64,000 nt of DNA from an uncultured Azospirillum sp. (GCA_900538765.1 UQAB01000008.1:481-64480), one strand, 5' to 3'. Shown: positions 19,145 to 28,232, numbered from the stretch's first letter. Notes: generated by a model from the sequence alone, not told the origin. A program made the numbers and translations.

Positions 19145-19191
19145 ATACTATATATAGGGCGTTTACATTTATTTAACACTATATATAGTAT
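19145..19191. promoter_or_regulatory. Tandem NrdR boxes upstream of nrdD
   Basis: ATACTATATATAGGGC (19145-19160) and ACACTATATATAGTAT (19176-19191) both resemble the palindromic NrdR box acaCwAtATaTwGtgt. Their starts are 31 bp apart, about three helical turns. Confidence 0.6.
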
Positions 19192-19262
19192 GCTTATAAC
19201 AAATTTTGATAAAATGTTTAACTTACTGAAACTAAAAGAAAAATAAGGAAAGCTTGTTCGAA

Positions 19263-21320
19263 ATGTCTGAAAACACCTATTCAATGCCCCCGATTGCCAA
19301 CAAGGAGATAAAAGTCGAGAGCGTAACTAAAAGAGACGGCACATTGGCTCCGTTTGACAGCTCAAAAATTTATAACGCGATTCTCAAAGCCGGAACATCT
19401 ACCGCTGAGTTTAGCGAACAGGAAGCCTGGTTGTTGACGGCGCAGGTTTTGAAAGTTGTGGAGCATAAATTTTCAGAGTCTTTGCCGACAATTGAACAGA
19501 TTCAGGATATTGTTGAACAGGTTTTGATTTCCGCCAACTATTTTGCAACGGCCAAGGCCTATATTTTATATCGCGACCAGCGTCAGCGGACACGCAATGA
19601 CCGGAAAGTTATGGTTGATGTTGAAAGCTCTATCAATGAATATCTGGAAAAACTGGACTGGCGCGTTAACGCCAATGCCAACCAGGGTTATTCAAACGGC
19701 GGTTTGATTTTGAATGTTTCCGGTAAAGTAACGGCAAACTATTGGCTGAGCCATGTTTACCCGGCAAATGTCGGCGAAGCGCACCGCAACGGTGATATCC
19801 ATATTCACGATTTGGACATGCTGGCCGCATATTGCGCCGGTTGGTCTTTGAAAAACCTGTTGCATGAAGGCTTTAACGGCGTTCCCGGAAAAACTGAAGC
19901 CGGCGCGCCGAAGCACTTGTCTTCCGCTGTCGGCCAGATGGTCAACTTTATGGGAACTTTGCAGAATGAATGGGCCGGCGCTCAGGCTTTCTCTTCTGTG
20001 GATACATATCTTGCGCCGTATATCCGCAAGGACAATATGAAATATGAAGATGTTGAACAGTGCATTCAGGAATTGATTTACAATCTGAACATTCCTTCCC
20101 GCTGGGGTTCTCAGACGCCGTTCACCAACTTTACTTTTGACTGGGTTTGCCCTGAAGATATGCGTGACAAACATCCGCTTATCGCCGGTGAGGAACAGCC
20201 CTTCACTTATGGTGAATTAAAAGAAGAAATGCACATGATTAACAAGGCCTATATGACCGTCATGATGAGAGGTGATATTAAAGGCCGTCCGTTTACTTTC
20301 CCGATTCCGACTTATAACATGACGCCGGATTTCCCCTGGGAAGATGACAACACGGAACTCTTGTTTGAAATGACTGCCAAATACGGTTTGCCTTATTTCC
20401 AAAACTTTATCAATTCCGTTTTGAAACCGGGACAGATTCGTTCAATGTGCTGCCGTCTGCAGCTTGACCTGCGCGAACTTTTGGCTCGCGGCAACGGCTT
20501 GTTCGGTTCTGCCGAACAGACAGGCTCCATCGGTGTTGTTACATTCAACTGCGCCCGTCTGGGATATGTTTACAAAGGGGATGAAAATGCTTTGTTTGCC
20601 CGTGTTGACGAACTGATGGACATTGCCCGCACTTCTCTTGAAATCAAACGCAAGGTCATTCAGAGATTGATTGACGGTGGCCTGTTCCCGTTCACCAAAC
20701 GTTATCTTGGCACACTGCGCAACCACTTCTCGACAATCGGCGTTAATGGTATCAACGAAATGATTCGCAACTTTACCAACGACGAACACAATATTGCCGA
20801 CCAGTGGGGACAGGACTTTGCTGTTAAGTTCTTGGATTACATCCGCGCCAAAATGGTCAAAATTCAGGAAGAAACCGGCCATATGTATAATCTTGAAGCA
20901 ACACCGGCAGAAAGCGCGACAACCCGTTTTGCCCGTGAAGATAAAAAACGCTACAAGGATATTATCCAGGCCGGAACAAAAGAAAATCCGTATTATACGA
21001 ACTCTTCTCAGCTCCCGGCCGGTTATACCGATGATCCGTTTGAAGCTCTTGATTTACAGTCAACGCTCCAGACCAAATATACCGGCGGTACCGTTCTTCA
21101 CCTCTATATGGGACAGCGTATCTCCTCGGCAAAAGTCTGCCGCGATTTGGTCAGAAGAGTTTTGACGAACTATCGTCTTCCCTACATCACCATTACCCCG
21201 ACATTCTCAATTTGTCCGAAGCATGGTTATATTTCCGGGGAACACAAATACTGCCCGATTTGTGATGAGGAAAAAAAGGCAGAAAAAAGATTAGCAGCTT
21301 CTAAAAAAGACGTTGCCTAA
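19263..21320 (+). CDS. nrdD: Anaerobic ribonucleoside-triphosphate reductase large chain, lacking the glycyl-radical C-terminus
   Basis: It has an ATP-cone N-terminus (VTKRDGTLAPFDSSKIYNAI), a class III RNR core, and a C-terminal CPKH...CPIC zinc-ribbon-like end. I prefer the ATG at 19263; the ORF-track TTG at 19254 is only 3 nt from the AAGGA. Confidence 0.85.
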   Translation: MSENTYSMPPIANKEIKVESVTKRDGTLAPFDSSKIYNAILKAGTSTAEFSEQEAWLLTAQVLKVVEHKFSESLPTIEQIQDIVEQVLISANYFATAKAYILYRDQRQRTRNDRKVMVDVESSINEYLEKLDWRVNANANQGYSNGGLILNVSGKVTANYWLSHVYPANVGEAHRNGDIHIHDLDMLAAYCAGWSLKNLLHEGFNGVPGKTEAGAPKHLSSAVGQMVNFMGTLQNEWAGAQAFSSVDTYLAPYIRKDNMKYEDVEQCIQELIYNLNIPSRWGSQTPFTNFTFDWVCPEDMRDKHPLIAGEEQPFTYGELKEEMHMINKAYMTVMMRGDIKGRPFTFPIPTYNMTPDFPWEDDNTELLFEMTAKYGLPYFQNFINSVLKPGQIRSMCCRLQLDLRELLARGNGLFGSAEQTGSIGVVTFNCARLGYVYKGDENALFARVDELMDIARTSLEIKRKVIQRLIDGGLFPFTKRYLGTLRNHFSTIGVNGINEMIRNFTNDEHNIADQWGQDFAVKFLDYIRAKMVKIQEETGHMYNLEATPAESATTRFAREDKKRYKDIIQAGTKENPYYTNSSQLPAGYTDDPFEALDLQSTLQTKYTGGTVLHLYMGQRISSAKVCRDLVRRVLTNYRLPYITITPTFSICPKHGYISGEHKYCPICDEEKKAEKRLAASKKDVA

Positions 21321-21357
21321 GGTCAATTATTTAATTTATTTTACTTGGAGAATTAAA

Positions 21358-21561
21358 ATGAACAACACAATTAATTTTGAAGAAATCAGATTAAGTGACG
21401 AAGAAAGACAGCCTTGTGAAGTATGGACCAGAGTAATGGGTTACTTCCGTCCGGTTTCTGAATTCAACGTTGGTAAGAAGTCTGAATTCTATTCTCGCAA
21501 ATGCTTCTGCGAAAGCAAAGCTGTGATTGACCTTGAAAAATACGAAATTGCTGCTGAATAA
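21358..21561 (+). CDS. Stand-alone glycyl-radical domain protein of class III RNR (NrdD C-terminal homolog)
   Basis: EVWTRVMGYFRPVSEFNVGKKSEFYSRK aligns with the NrdD glycyl-radical signature RRVCGYLG...FNAGKQEE..R. It has its own GGAGAA RBS 7 nt upstream of the ATG, and its frame differs from nrdD. Confidence 0.65.
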   Translation: MNNTINFEEIRLSDEERQPCEVWTRVMGYFRPVSEFNVGKKSEFYSRKCFCESKAVIDLEKYEIAAE

Positions 21562-21581
21562 GCTTATGCAGGCTTAAGAAA

Positions 21582-21623
21582 AACGCCGGGTTGCAGGGCT
21601 TGTAATCCGGCGTTGTTTTATTT
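21582..21623 (+). terminator. Hairpin with a U-rich tail between the small nrd ORF and nrdG (terminator or attenuator)
   Basis: The 8-bp stem AACGCCGG/CCGGCGTT has a 17-nt loop and is followed by GTTTTATTT. Confidence 0.45.
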
Positions 21624-21648
21624 GAATGGAATTTTAGGAGTAGGGGGA

Positions 21649-22350
21649 ATGTCAAAAAAATTATTGGTCGGCGGCGTCGAAACGTTCAGTATGGTTGACT
21701 ATCCGGGACAGATGGCCGCAGTTGTCTTTTTGCAGGGATGCCCATGGCGTTGTCCTTTTTGTCATAACGTCGATTTACAGAAAATCGGAAAAGAAACCGG
21801 ATTCGTTTGGGAGAAGTTTGTTGATTTTCTAAGGGAACGTCGCGGAAAGCTGGATGCCGTTGTCTTTAGCGGCGGCGAGCCGCTGGTGCAGGATGCGCTG
21901 GCTGACGCCATTGCCGAGGTAAAAGAATTAGGCTATAAAATCGGTATCCATACCGGCGGTTTTCGCCCTGAATTATTTAAAAGAATCCTGCCTGAAGTAG
22001 ATTGGGTAGGTTTTGACATTAAAACGCCGCTGAAGTCCGAAAGATATGATGCCGCTGTCGGACAGAAACATTTTGACAAAGTTATGGAAAGTCTTAAAGC
22101 TTTGGTTGCTTCGGGAAAAAGTTATGAATGTCGCACAACCTGCGATCCGCGGTTATTGTCAGTAGCGGATATTTATACGATTGCCGATGAGCTTAAAGCA
22201 CTGGATGTCAAAGAATATTATCTTCAGCAGTATCGCCCGATTCCAAGTGATAAAACATCGACGGAAGCGGATTGTGAAAAGTTTTTTGATGATAAAGATT
22301 TGCAGCTTTACCTTAAGAAAACATTTAAAATTTATGATGCCAGAAAATAG
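21649..22350 (+). CDS. nrdG: Anaerobic ribonucleotide reductase activating protein (radical SAM)
   Basis: The CPWRCPFCHN cluster motif, the roughly 233-aa size and the position after nrdD all fit. I chose the ATG at 21649, which has GGAG/GGGGG upstream. Confidence 0.85.
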   Translation: MSKKLLVGGVETFSMVDYPGQMAAVVFLQGCPWRCPFCHNVDLQKIGKETGFVWEKFVDFLRERRGKLDAVVFSGGEPLVQDALADAIAEVKELGYKIGIHTGGFRPELFKRILPEVDWVGFDIKTPLKSERYDAAVGQKHFDKVMESLKALVASGKSYECRTTCDPRLLSVADIYTIADELKALDVKEYYLQQYRPIPSDKTSTEADCEKFFDDKDLQLYLKKTFKIYDARK

Positions 22351-22425
22351 TCCCTTATTTTCTTGACTTTTTCTGAAAAAAATGTCTAATAGACATGAAG
22401 TCTTATTATTAAAAAATAAATAATT

Positions 22426-22827
22426 ATGAAAACATTTGTAGAATTTGCCTCAATTGAGGAGTTGGCTCAGCACATTGCAGACAGCCATCAAAACGAAAGT
22501 TATACCGAGCACGAAGGCGTTGTTTATCCGAATATCGCATCCGCTTATCTCATCGCTTCGCGTGTCAGGGATTTTAACCAGCGTCATCGTTTGGCCAATA
22601 TTCCTTATTCTGAACTAAAAATCAGAATAGAAAAGGAATATACCCAGAAACGTCAAAGTGCGCCGCAAATCCTGGAAAAGATTTTGATTGATAAAATCTG
22701 TGGCTGCCGAGAATTGTGTCAGGAGTTTCTTGCTCATCCGGCCGAAGCTTATCAAACGGAATTCGGTCTGACGCTTCAAAAAATCTACAAAAAGGTTAAG
22801 GATCGTTCTGACGTCCGTTACCACTAA
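22426..22827 (+). CDS. Hypothetical protein
   Basis: A clean 133-aa ORF followed by a strong terminator. No recognisable motif. Confidence 0.45.
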   Translation: MKTFVEFASIEELAQHIADSHQNESYTEHEGVVYPNIASAYLIASRVRDFNQRHRLANIPYSELKIRIEKEYTQKRQSAPQILEKILIDKICGCRELCQEFLAHPAEAYQTEFGLTLQKIYKKVKDRSDVRYH

Positions 22828-22864
22828 AGAAAAAGGCTCAGTTTTTTACTGAGCCTTTAGTTTT
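22828..22864. terminator. Bidirectional intrinsic terminator
   Basis: A 10-bp stem AAAGGCTCAG/CTGAGCCTTT (22832-22841 with 22849-22858) lies between convergent genes. Confidence 0.8.
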
Positions 22865-23696
22865 ATCTTGCCGGACGTTTGGTAAAACCGGCAGGCTTGT
22901 ATTTAGAACGCCCGGTACTGTTATTATCAAAATCACGGGCTTTTTTAAACTTGCTTTTTCCGTCAAACTTGCTACCGTCTTTCGGTGGACGGCGGTCACT
23001 GCGAGAATTGTGCTTTTGAGCAAATTTAGACGGTCGGCTGTATGGTCTGGCTTCCTTTTCCGCGCGTTTTTCAATCAGAACTTTCGGTTCCTTGACTTTA
23101 ACTTCAACGTTTTCCATCTTTTTCATCATTGCCAGGCGGTTCTTGTTGACGGAAAAGCCAAAGCTGCCGAGATTACGGCCCAGTGTAAAGTAATGTCCGT
23201 GGGCAAAGGCCAGCAGGCCGGTTTTTTCAATCCAGAACTTGCCTTCGCTGTCGATATATTTATCATCAACATTAACGGCGACAATTTCCGCCAGAAACAT
23301 ATCGTGTGAACCGAAGCTGCGTATTTCTTTGACCTTACATTCAATGGAAACGGGGCTTTCCGCAATCTGTGGCGCCTTAACCTGTGAAGAGGGAAGCGGC
23401 GTCAGTTCCATTTCTTTAAATTTATCCGTATCCCGCCCGGACTTGACGCCGCAGAAATCGGCAGCCGTTACCATTGACAGTGTTGGCAGATTAATGACAA
23501 ATTCGCCGCTCTCTTTAATAATACCGTGAGAATAGCGGGATGGCCGGATTGAAACATAAGTCATCGGCGGTTCGCTGTTAATAATACCGGTCCATGCTGC
23601 GGTCATGACATTGGGATGCTCTGTTGTGCCGCAGGAAATCATTGCCGGCGGAACGGGATAAAGCATTGTTCCGGGTTTCCATGTAATCTTTGTCAT
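22863..23696 (-). CDS. Flavin reductase-like (FMN-binding split-barrel) protein with a long basic C-terminal tail
   Basis: LYPVPPAMISCG...NVMTAAWTGIINSEPPMTYVSIRPSRYSHGIIKESGEFVINLP matches the family. The ATG at 23696 has AGGA upstream. The last roughly 95 aa are Lys/Arg-rich. Confidence 0.7.
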   Translation of the reverse strand: MTKITWKPGTMLYPVPPAMISCGTTEHPNVMTAAWTGIINSEPPMTYVSIRPSRYSHGIIKESGEFVINLPTLSMVTAADFCGVKSGRDTDKFKEMELTPLPSSQVKAPQIAESPVSIECKVKEIRSFGSHDMFLAEIVAVNVDDKYIDSEGKFWIEKTGLLAFAHGHYFTLGRNLGSFGFSVNKNRLAMMKKMENVEVKVKEPKVLIEKRAEKEARPYSRPSKFAQKHNSRSDRRPPKDGSKFDGKSKFKKARDFDNNSTGRSKYKPAGFTKRPAR

Positions 23697-23856
23697 TTTT
23701 TCCTCTTTTCTCAAATTATAAATTAAACCTAAACTACCCCAAGAATGTCAGCCATGCAATAATTTATTTTTTTAATTTTTCGAAAAACAAAAAGTTGTTT
23801 TCTTTGCCTTCCTGTGTTATACAGGGCTAAATTTGACTTGAATAAGAGATTTGTTT

Positions 23857-24519
23857 ATGGATATTGCAGATTTGATGCCGAGCATTAAAAAGCTCATTGC
23901 CTATGATTACAAAGATATAAAAAGTCCGCTTTATGAAAATATCATAACGGAAATTTTAGTTGGTGTCCATCCGACGCCCAAACCGCAGCTGATACAGGTT
24001 GGCGGAATTCCCGGTGCGGGAAAGAGCACTTTTTGTCGGCAAATGCAGTTTCCCGGAGCTATATATCTGAGTTTTGACGAAGTAATGGAAAGCATTCCCG
24101 ATTACCGGCGGGACATTTATGTACTGGGTGGAGCCGAAGCTTTCATGAAATGGGAAATGCCTGCGCGAGTTGTGGGCTATGAAGTTCTGCGTCGTGCCGT
24201 AATTCGCAAGTTGAATATCTTTTTTGAACACAGCGGCGTCAATGATGCGCATATTGAACTTTTTAAAAACGTAAAGCTGTTGGGATATAAGACCGAAGTC
24301 GATTATATTTTATGCAATACACAGGTAGCATATAAAAGAACCCTGATCAGGGAGAAAGCAACCAGACGCCACACGCCTAAAGAATTGATAGAGCAGAGGG
24401 CCGCTTTGATAGACAAGTATATTGGCCAGTACAAAAAAATTGCTGACAAAACTTTTATTTATGACAGCACAACCAGTGAATTGATTTTGAAAGAGCGAGA
24501 TTTTACGGCTTATTATTAA
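23857..24519 (+). CDS. P-loop kinase-like protein (zeta-toxin/AAA-type fold)
   Basis: The Walker A motif GGIPGAGKSTF lies near residue 50 in a roughly 220-aa protein, similar in layout to zeta-toxin-family kinases. No partner antitoxin is evident. Confidence 0.4.
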   Translation: MDIADLMPSIKKLIAYDYKDIKSPLYENIITEILVGVHPTPKPQLIQVGGIPGAGKSTFCRQMQFPGAIYLSFDEVMESIPDYRRDIYVLGGAEAFMKWEMPARVVGYEVLRRAVIRKLNIFFEHSGVNDAHIELFKNVKLLGYKTEVDYILCNTQVAYKRTLIREKATRRHTPKELIEQRAALIDKYIGQYKKIADKTFIYDSTTSELILKERDFTAYY

Positions 24520-25552
24520 AGCCGAAAGAAAAATGCCCGCCATATCCCGTTCCGATTCTCCTGCCGATTGCAAGCAAAAGTTTTTCCAGCTCGTGGCGTT
24601 GTTCAGCCAGTGAAAGAGAGGGTGTCGGTTTTCCCGGATAAAGCTCATAAAGCTTACAGTAATTTAAATCCGTAACATTGGGCATAATGACATTGGCGCC
24701 GCTTTGCAGGGCAATAAGCCTGCCGTTGGGACGCAGGGCTTCCATGGCTGTCGTTGCCGGGATGTTAATGTCCGGCAGAAGAAGGCGGGTAATCGCCATT
24801 GTTTTGAGGGACAAGGTAAAGGCGCGTCCTTTGGCATTTTTCAGCGGTGTATCCGGGTGCGGAATAAAAGGCCCGATACCGGCCATATCAACATTTATCT
24901 TTTTAAAAAACAAAATGTCGTCGGCAATCGAGGATAAACTCTGCTCTGGCAGACCGACCATAGAGCCGGAACCGACTTCATAACCGGAAGCTCTCAGGTC
25001 ATCCAAACAGCGTTTGCGGTTTTCCCAGCTCATTCCCGGATCCAGCCGGTGGTATAAATCTTTGTTAGTTGTTTCAATGCGCAAAAGATAGCGGTCGGCG
25101 CCGGCAGCTTTGTATGCGGCGTATTCTTCAAAGCTTTTTTCTCCGATACTGAGCGTAACGGCAATGTCTGATTTTTTTATTTCGCTGATAATATATTGCA
25201 GCCGCCCCACGGTGTAGTAAACATCTTCACCGGATTGCAAGACAACCGTTTTATAACCGGCTTCGGCAGCATTCTGCGCCAAACGGATAATGGCATCCGG
25301 AGCAATGCGATAACGTTGCACGGCATGATTATCGCGACGGATGCCGCAATATAGACAGTTGTTGCGGCAGTAGTTTGAAAACTCGATAAGTCCGCGCAGT
25401 TGAACGTCGTCACCGACAAATTTTTTTCTTGTCCGGTCGGCGGCTGCAAATAAATCTGCTCCGTCATATTCCGGCTGAAGCAAAGTCACAATTTCATCTT
25501 TTGATAAAAGATGTGTTTCTTCGGCTTTTTTTATAATATCTGTGTAAGTCAT
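24503..25552 (-). CDS. hydE: [FeFe]-hydrogenase maturase HydE (radical SAM)
   Basis: Near-colinear similarity to Thermotoga HydE as I recall it: IEFSNYCRNNCLYCGIRRDN, VLQSGED, GADRYLLRIET, GSGSMVGLP, GIGPFIPHPDTPL, NIPATTAM, GANVIMPN, YELYPGK. Confidence 0.85.
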   Translation of the reverse strand: MTYTDIIKKAEETHLLSKDEIVTLLQPEYDGADLFAAADRTRKKFVGDDVQLRGLIEFSNYCRNNCLYCGIRRDNHAVQRYRIAPDAIIRLAQNAAEAGYKTVVLQSGEDVYYTVGRLQYIISEIKKSDIAVTLSIGEKSFEEYAAYKAAGADRYLLRIETTNKDLYHRLDPGMSWENRKRCLDDLRASGYEVGSGSMVGLPEQSLSSIADDILFFKKINVDMAGIGPFIPHPDTPLKNAKGRAFTLSLKTMAITRLLLPDINIPATTAMEALRPNGRLIALQSGANVIMPNVTDLNYCKLYELYPGKPTPSLSLAEQRHELEKLLLAIGRRIGTGYGGHFSFGFNNKP

Positions 25553-25634
25553 TTTATTCCGGTAACTCTAAAGCCGTATCCTGATTTATTTTTACCGTTG
25601 ATATCCTATTCAAAAAAGGTCAGGTTGTACATAA

Positions 25635-25657
25635 CAAAAAAGCACCTCAAAGGTGCA
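25635..25657 (-). terminator. Intrinsic terminator after tRNA-Leu
   Basis: The stem GCACC/GGTGC is followed by a T-run on the minus strand. Confidence 0.65.
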
Positions 25658-25668
25658 TTAAAAATATC

Positions 25669-25755
25669 TGGTGCGCTAGGCCGGAATCGAACCGGCACGT
25701 CCTTGCGGACAACAGATTTTAAGTCTGCAGCGTCTACCTGTTCCGCCACAAGCGC
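25669..25755 (-). tRNA. tRNA-Leu (anticodon TAA), CCA encoded
   Basis: The reverse complement reads GCGCTTGTGGCGGAACAGGTAGACGC...CTTAAAA anticodon loop...long variable arm...GGTTCGATTCCGGCCTAGCGCACCA. Confidence 0.9.
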
Positions 25756-25783
25756 CTCTGTTTTTACATTTCTTAACACCGAA

Positions 25784-25812
25784 TTTATACATACAAAAAT
25801 TCATAAATGCAA
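25784..25812 (-). promoter_or_regulatory. Sigma70-type promoter for tRNA-Leu
   Basis: On the minus strand: TTGCAT, a 17-nt spacer and TATAAA, about 25 nt upstream of the mature 5' end. Confidence 0.5.
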
Positions 25813-25952
25813 CATAAAACTTGTTTTTTTTACAAAATAGATTAATCTGAAAACGGTAAATAATAGTTTTTCTTAAACGTTCAGGCTGTTGCGGCAGTTG
25901 ACAGCGTCACGGCATCGGTACCCGTTTAAGGTTTTTATAAAGGATTAAAATA

Positions 25953-26660
25953 ATGAAAACTTTCGATATTTCTTGGCGTAGATACCTCTTGCCGAATATC
26001 CATAATGAAGGCTGGAAATTTGTCGGTGTCTTTGCTGCGGTTTCTGCCGTTTTGGCGATGATTTGGTCGCCTTTGGGCTGGCTCGGTCTTATACTGACCG
26101 TATGGTGTTTCTATTTCTTTCGTGATCCTGAACGCATTATTCCTGAAATTGAGAACGCGGTTGTTTCTCCGGCTGACGGTATTGTGCAGATGATTGCCGA
26201 TGTTAACGGTCCTGAAGAGCTGGGGCTGGAAAAGCAGAAATTTACCCGTGTCAGCATTTTTATGAGTGTTTTTAATGTCCATGTCAACCGTGCGCCGACT
26301 GAAGGAAAAATTACCAAAGCAGTTTATGTTCCCGGAAAATTTTTAAATGCGACACTGGATAAGGCCAGCAAAGACAATGAACGTCAGCTTCTGGCAATGA
26401 AAACCAAAAACGGGCAGGACATTGCTTTTGTTCAAATTGCCGGATTGGTTGCCCGCCGTATTGTTTGCGATGCCGCTGCCGGACAGGAGTATAAAACCGG
26501 AGAACGTTTTGGCATGATTCGTTTCGGCTCACGCTTGGATGTTTATCTGCCTTTGGGAACAAACCCGCAGGTCGCATTGGGACAGACCATGGTTGCCGGT
26601 GAAACGATTATTGCAAACTTGGGCAGCGAAGCTCCTGAAGTTAAGGGAGTTGTCAGATAA
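25953..26660 (+). CDS. psd: Phosphatidylserine decarboxylase proenzyme (short type)
   Basis: 235 aa, with the self-cleavage region FGSRLDVYLP. It is adjacent to, and overlaps, pssA. Confidence 0.85.
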   Translation: MKTFDISWRRYLLPNIHNEGWKFVGVFAAVSAVLAMIWSPLGWLGLILTVWCFYFFRDPERIIPEIENAVVSPADGIVQMIADVNGPEELGLEKQKFTRVSIFMSVFNVHVNRAPTEGKITKAVYVPGKFLNATLDKASKDNERQLLAMKTKNGQDIAFVQIAGLVARRIVCDAAAGQEYKTGERFGMIRFGSRLDVYLPLGTNPQVALGQTMVAGETIIANLGSEAPEVKGVVR

Positions 26661-27448
26661 TGGATAAAAATAATATAAAGCAGCAGCCAGCCGGCCATCG
26701 TCTGAGCGGGTTGCCTTTTCGTAAGATTGCGCCGAATATCGTGACAATGCTTGCCCTTTGTTCCGGTGTAACATCTATCCGTTATTCCGTTCAGGAAGAC
26801 TGGGTTAAAGCTGTCGTCTGCATCTTTCTGGCGGCCTTGTTTGACGGTCTTGACGGACGCGTGGCCAGAATGCTGAAAGGATCGACAAAGTTTGGCGCTG
26901 AACTTGATTCTCTGTCTGATTTTGTAAGTTTTGGCGTTGCGCCGGCAATCCTGATGTATCAGTGGACATTGTTTGACTTTCCCCGTTTCGGCTGGTTCTT
27001 TTGTCTGCTGTTTTCAATTGGTATGGCTATGCGTCTGGCGCGTTTTAATACCATGTTGGATGATGAGCCACAGCCGGATTACTGGCATAACTTCTTTGTC
27101 GGAGTCCCTGCACCGGCAGCCGCGGCATTGGGAATTACGCCGATTATGATTTCTTTTGACTATCCTGAGTTGGCTTGGTTGCATGATAACTATTTTTGTG
27201 CTGGCGTAATGTGCGTCGTCGCCTTGCTGATGGTTAGCCGCATTCCGACAATTTCTACCAAAAAGTGGCGGGTTCCGACATTTATGTTTGTTCCCCTGAT
27301 GCTGATTGTTGCTTTATTTGCAACGTTTATTATCAGCAATCCTTGGCTGACACTGGGAACCATGGTTGCCGCTTATGCCGTTTCGATTCCTTTTGGTGTT
27401 TTGTTCTTTTTAAGCGCCAAACGTGCCTATGAGCAGAACCATAGATAA
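26660..27448 (+). CDS. pssA: CDP-diacylglycerol--serine O-phosphatidyltransferase
   Basis: It carries the CDP-alcohol phosphatidyltransferase motif DGLDGRVAR...GAELDSLSD and is polytopic. Confidence 0.85.
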   Translation: MDKNNIKQQPAGHRLSGLPFRKIAPNIVTMLALCSGVTSIRYSVQEDWVKAVVCIFLAALFDGLDGRVARMLKGSTKFGAELDSLSDFVSFGVAPAILMYQWTLFDFPRFGWFFCLLFSIGMAMRLARFNTMLDDEPQPDYWHNFFVGVPAPAAAALGITPIMISFDYPELAWLHDNYFCAGVMCVVALLMVSRIPTISTKKWRVPTFMFVPLMLIVALFATFIISNPWLTLGTMVAAYAVSIPFGVLFFLSAKRAYEQNHR

Positions 27449-27451
27449 AAC

Positions 27452-27486
27452 AAAAAAGGTGTTAGAAAAATCTAACACCTTTTTTC
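27452..27486. terminator. Bidirectional intrinsic terminator
   Basis: A 10-bp stem AGGTGTTAGA/TCTAACACCT with an AAAA loop is flanked by an A-run and a T-run. Confidence 0.85.
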
Positions 27487-28149
27487 TTATTTTTTTGAAA
27501 CCCATATTTTGGCTCCGCGTTTTCCCTTGATGTAAACATAGTTGCCATCAATCTTTTCTCCGGACGCAAAAATTTTCAAAATATCCTCAGCCGTAATAAT
27601 TTTTTGAGTTTCGGAACGGATGTTAAGACCTTTGTAAACATCCCCGTCTTTTCTGGCCCAGTAAATCATTTTTTTTGAAAAATTCTTCTGTGCCTTGCTT
27701 TGCAGAAGAATAGTCTTTTTACCCTTTGTTTCCGGATAAACGCTGTCAAGAATTTCTCTGGCGGCATCTTCAAACGGAACGCGGATTGTTTTAACAATGC
27801 GCAGCGTGCCGTTTTCTTCAATAAGCTTTAAGTACGCTCCCAAATAATTGTTGCGGCGCTTTTGACAGACAATGTCTATATCGTTAAAGCTGATGTGGAC
27901 GGCATTGGCAAATTTTTTGCAGCCTTTCTTTTTCATGCCGGATTTAATTAAAACACCGGCATAGGTTGACTTAGACGTTTTTACAGCCCAAACCGTAAGC
28001 GTTTTGTTGTTTGGCTGTGTTTTGGATAATAAGTCATAAATGACATAAACCCGAGCCTTGTTGTCAGGAATGGCTTGCGCAGCTTTGTTGCCTTTCAGTA
28101 AAAGTTCGGTTGCTCTTGCCTGAGATTCGATTAAAATATTAGTTTCCAT
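27487..28149 (-). CDS. Hypothetical protein
   Basis: A 220-aa Lys-rich ORF that is AT-rich. No motif recognised. Confidence 0.45.
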   Translation of the reverse strand: METNILIESQARATELLLKGNKAAQAIPDNKARVYVIYDLLSKTQPNNKTLTVWAVKTSKSTYAGVLIKSGMKKKGCKKFANAVHISFNDIDIVCQKRRNNYLGAYLKLIEENGTLRIVKTIRVPFEDAAREILDSVYPETKGKKTILLQSKAQKNFSKKMIYWARKDGDVYKGLNIRSETQKIITAEDILKIFASGEKIDGNYVYIKGKRGAKIWVSKK

Positions 28150-28232
28150 AAATATAATGATTTTAATAATAAAAAAATAATATAACGATAAATAGCAGGC
28201 TATAAGATATCTACTTCAAAGTCAATCTGCGA

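Noticed and set aside
18740-19250. The AT-rich region with DnaA boxes as the chromosomal replication origin
   Set aside because: Genes on both sides (dnaE, hisS and prfA on the left; nrdD on the right) are on the plus strand, so there is no divergent strand switch here. No dnaA, dnaN, hemE or parAB is adjacent. It is kept only as a DnaA-box cluster with a regulatory or titration interpretation. It needs genome-wide skew analysis to settle.
21313-21357. Longer start (21313) for the small glycyl-radical ORF, overlapping the nrdD stop
   Set aside because: The added residues (MPKVNYLIYFTWRIK) have no RBS. The ATG at 21358 has a well-spaced GGAGAA.
25553-25952. tRNA-Leu as the attachment site of an integrated element
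   Set aside because: No integrase, excisionase or direct repeat of the tRNA 3' end was seen on either side. The flanking genes are hydE and psd.
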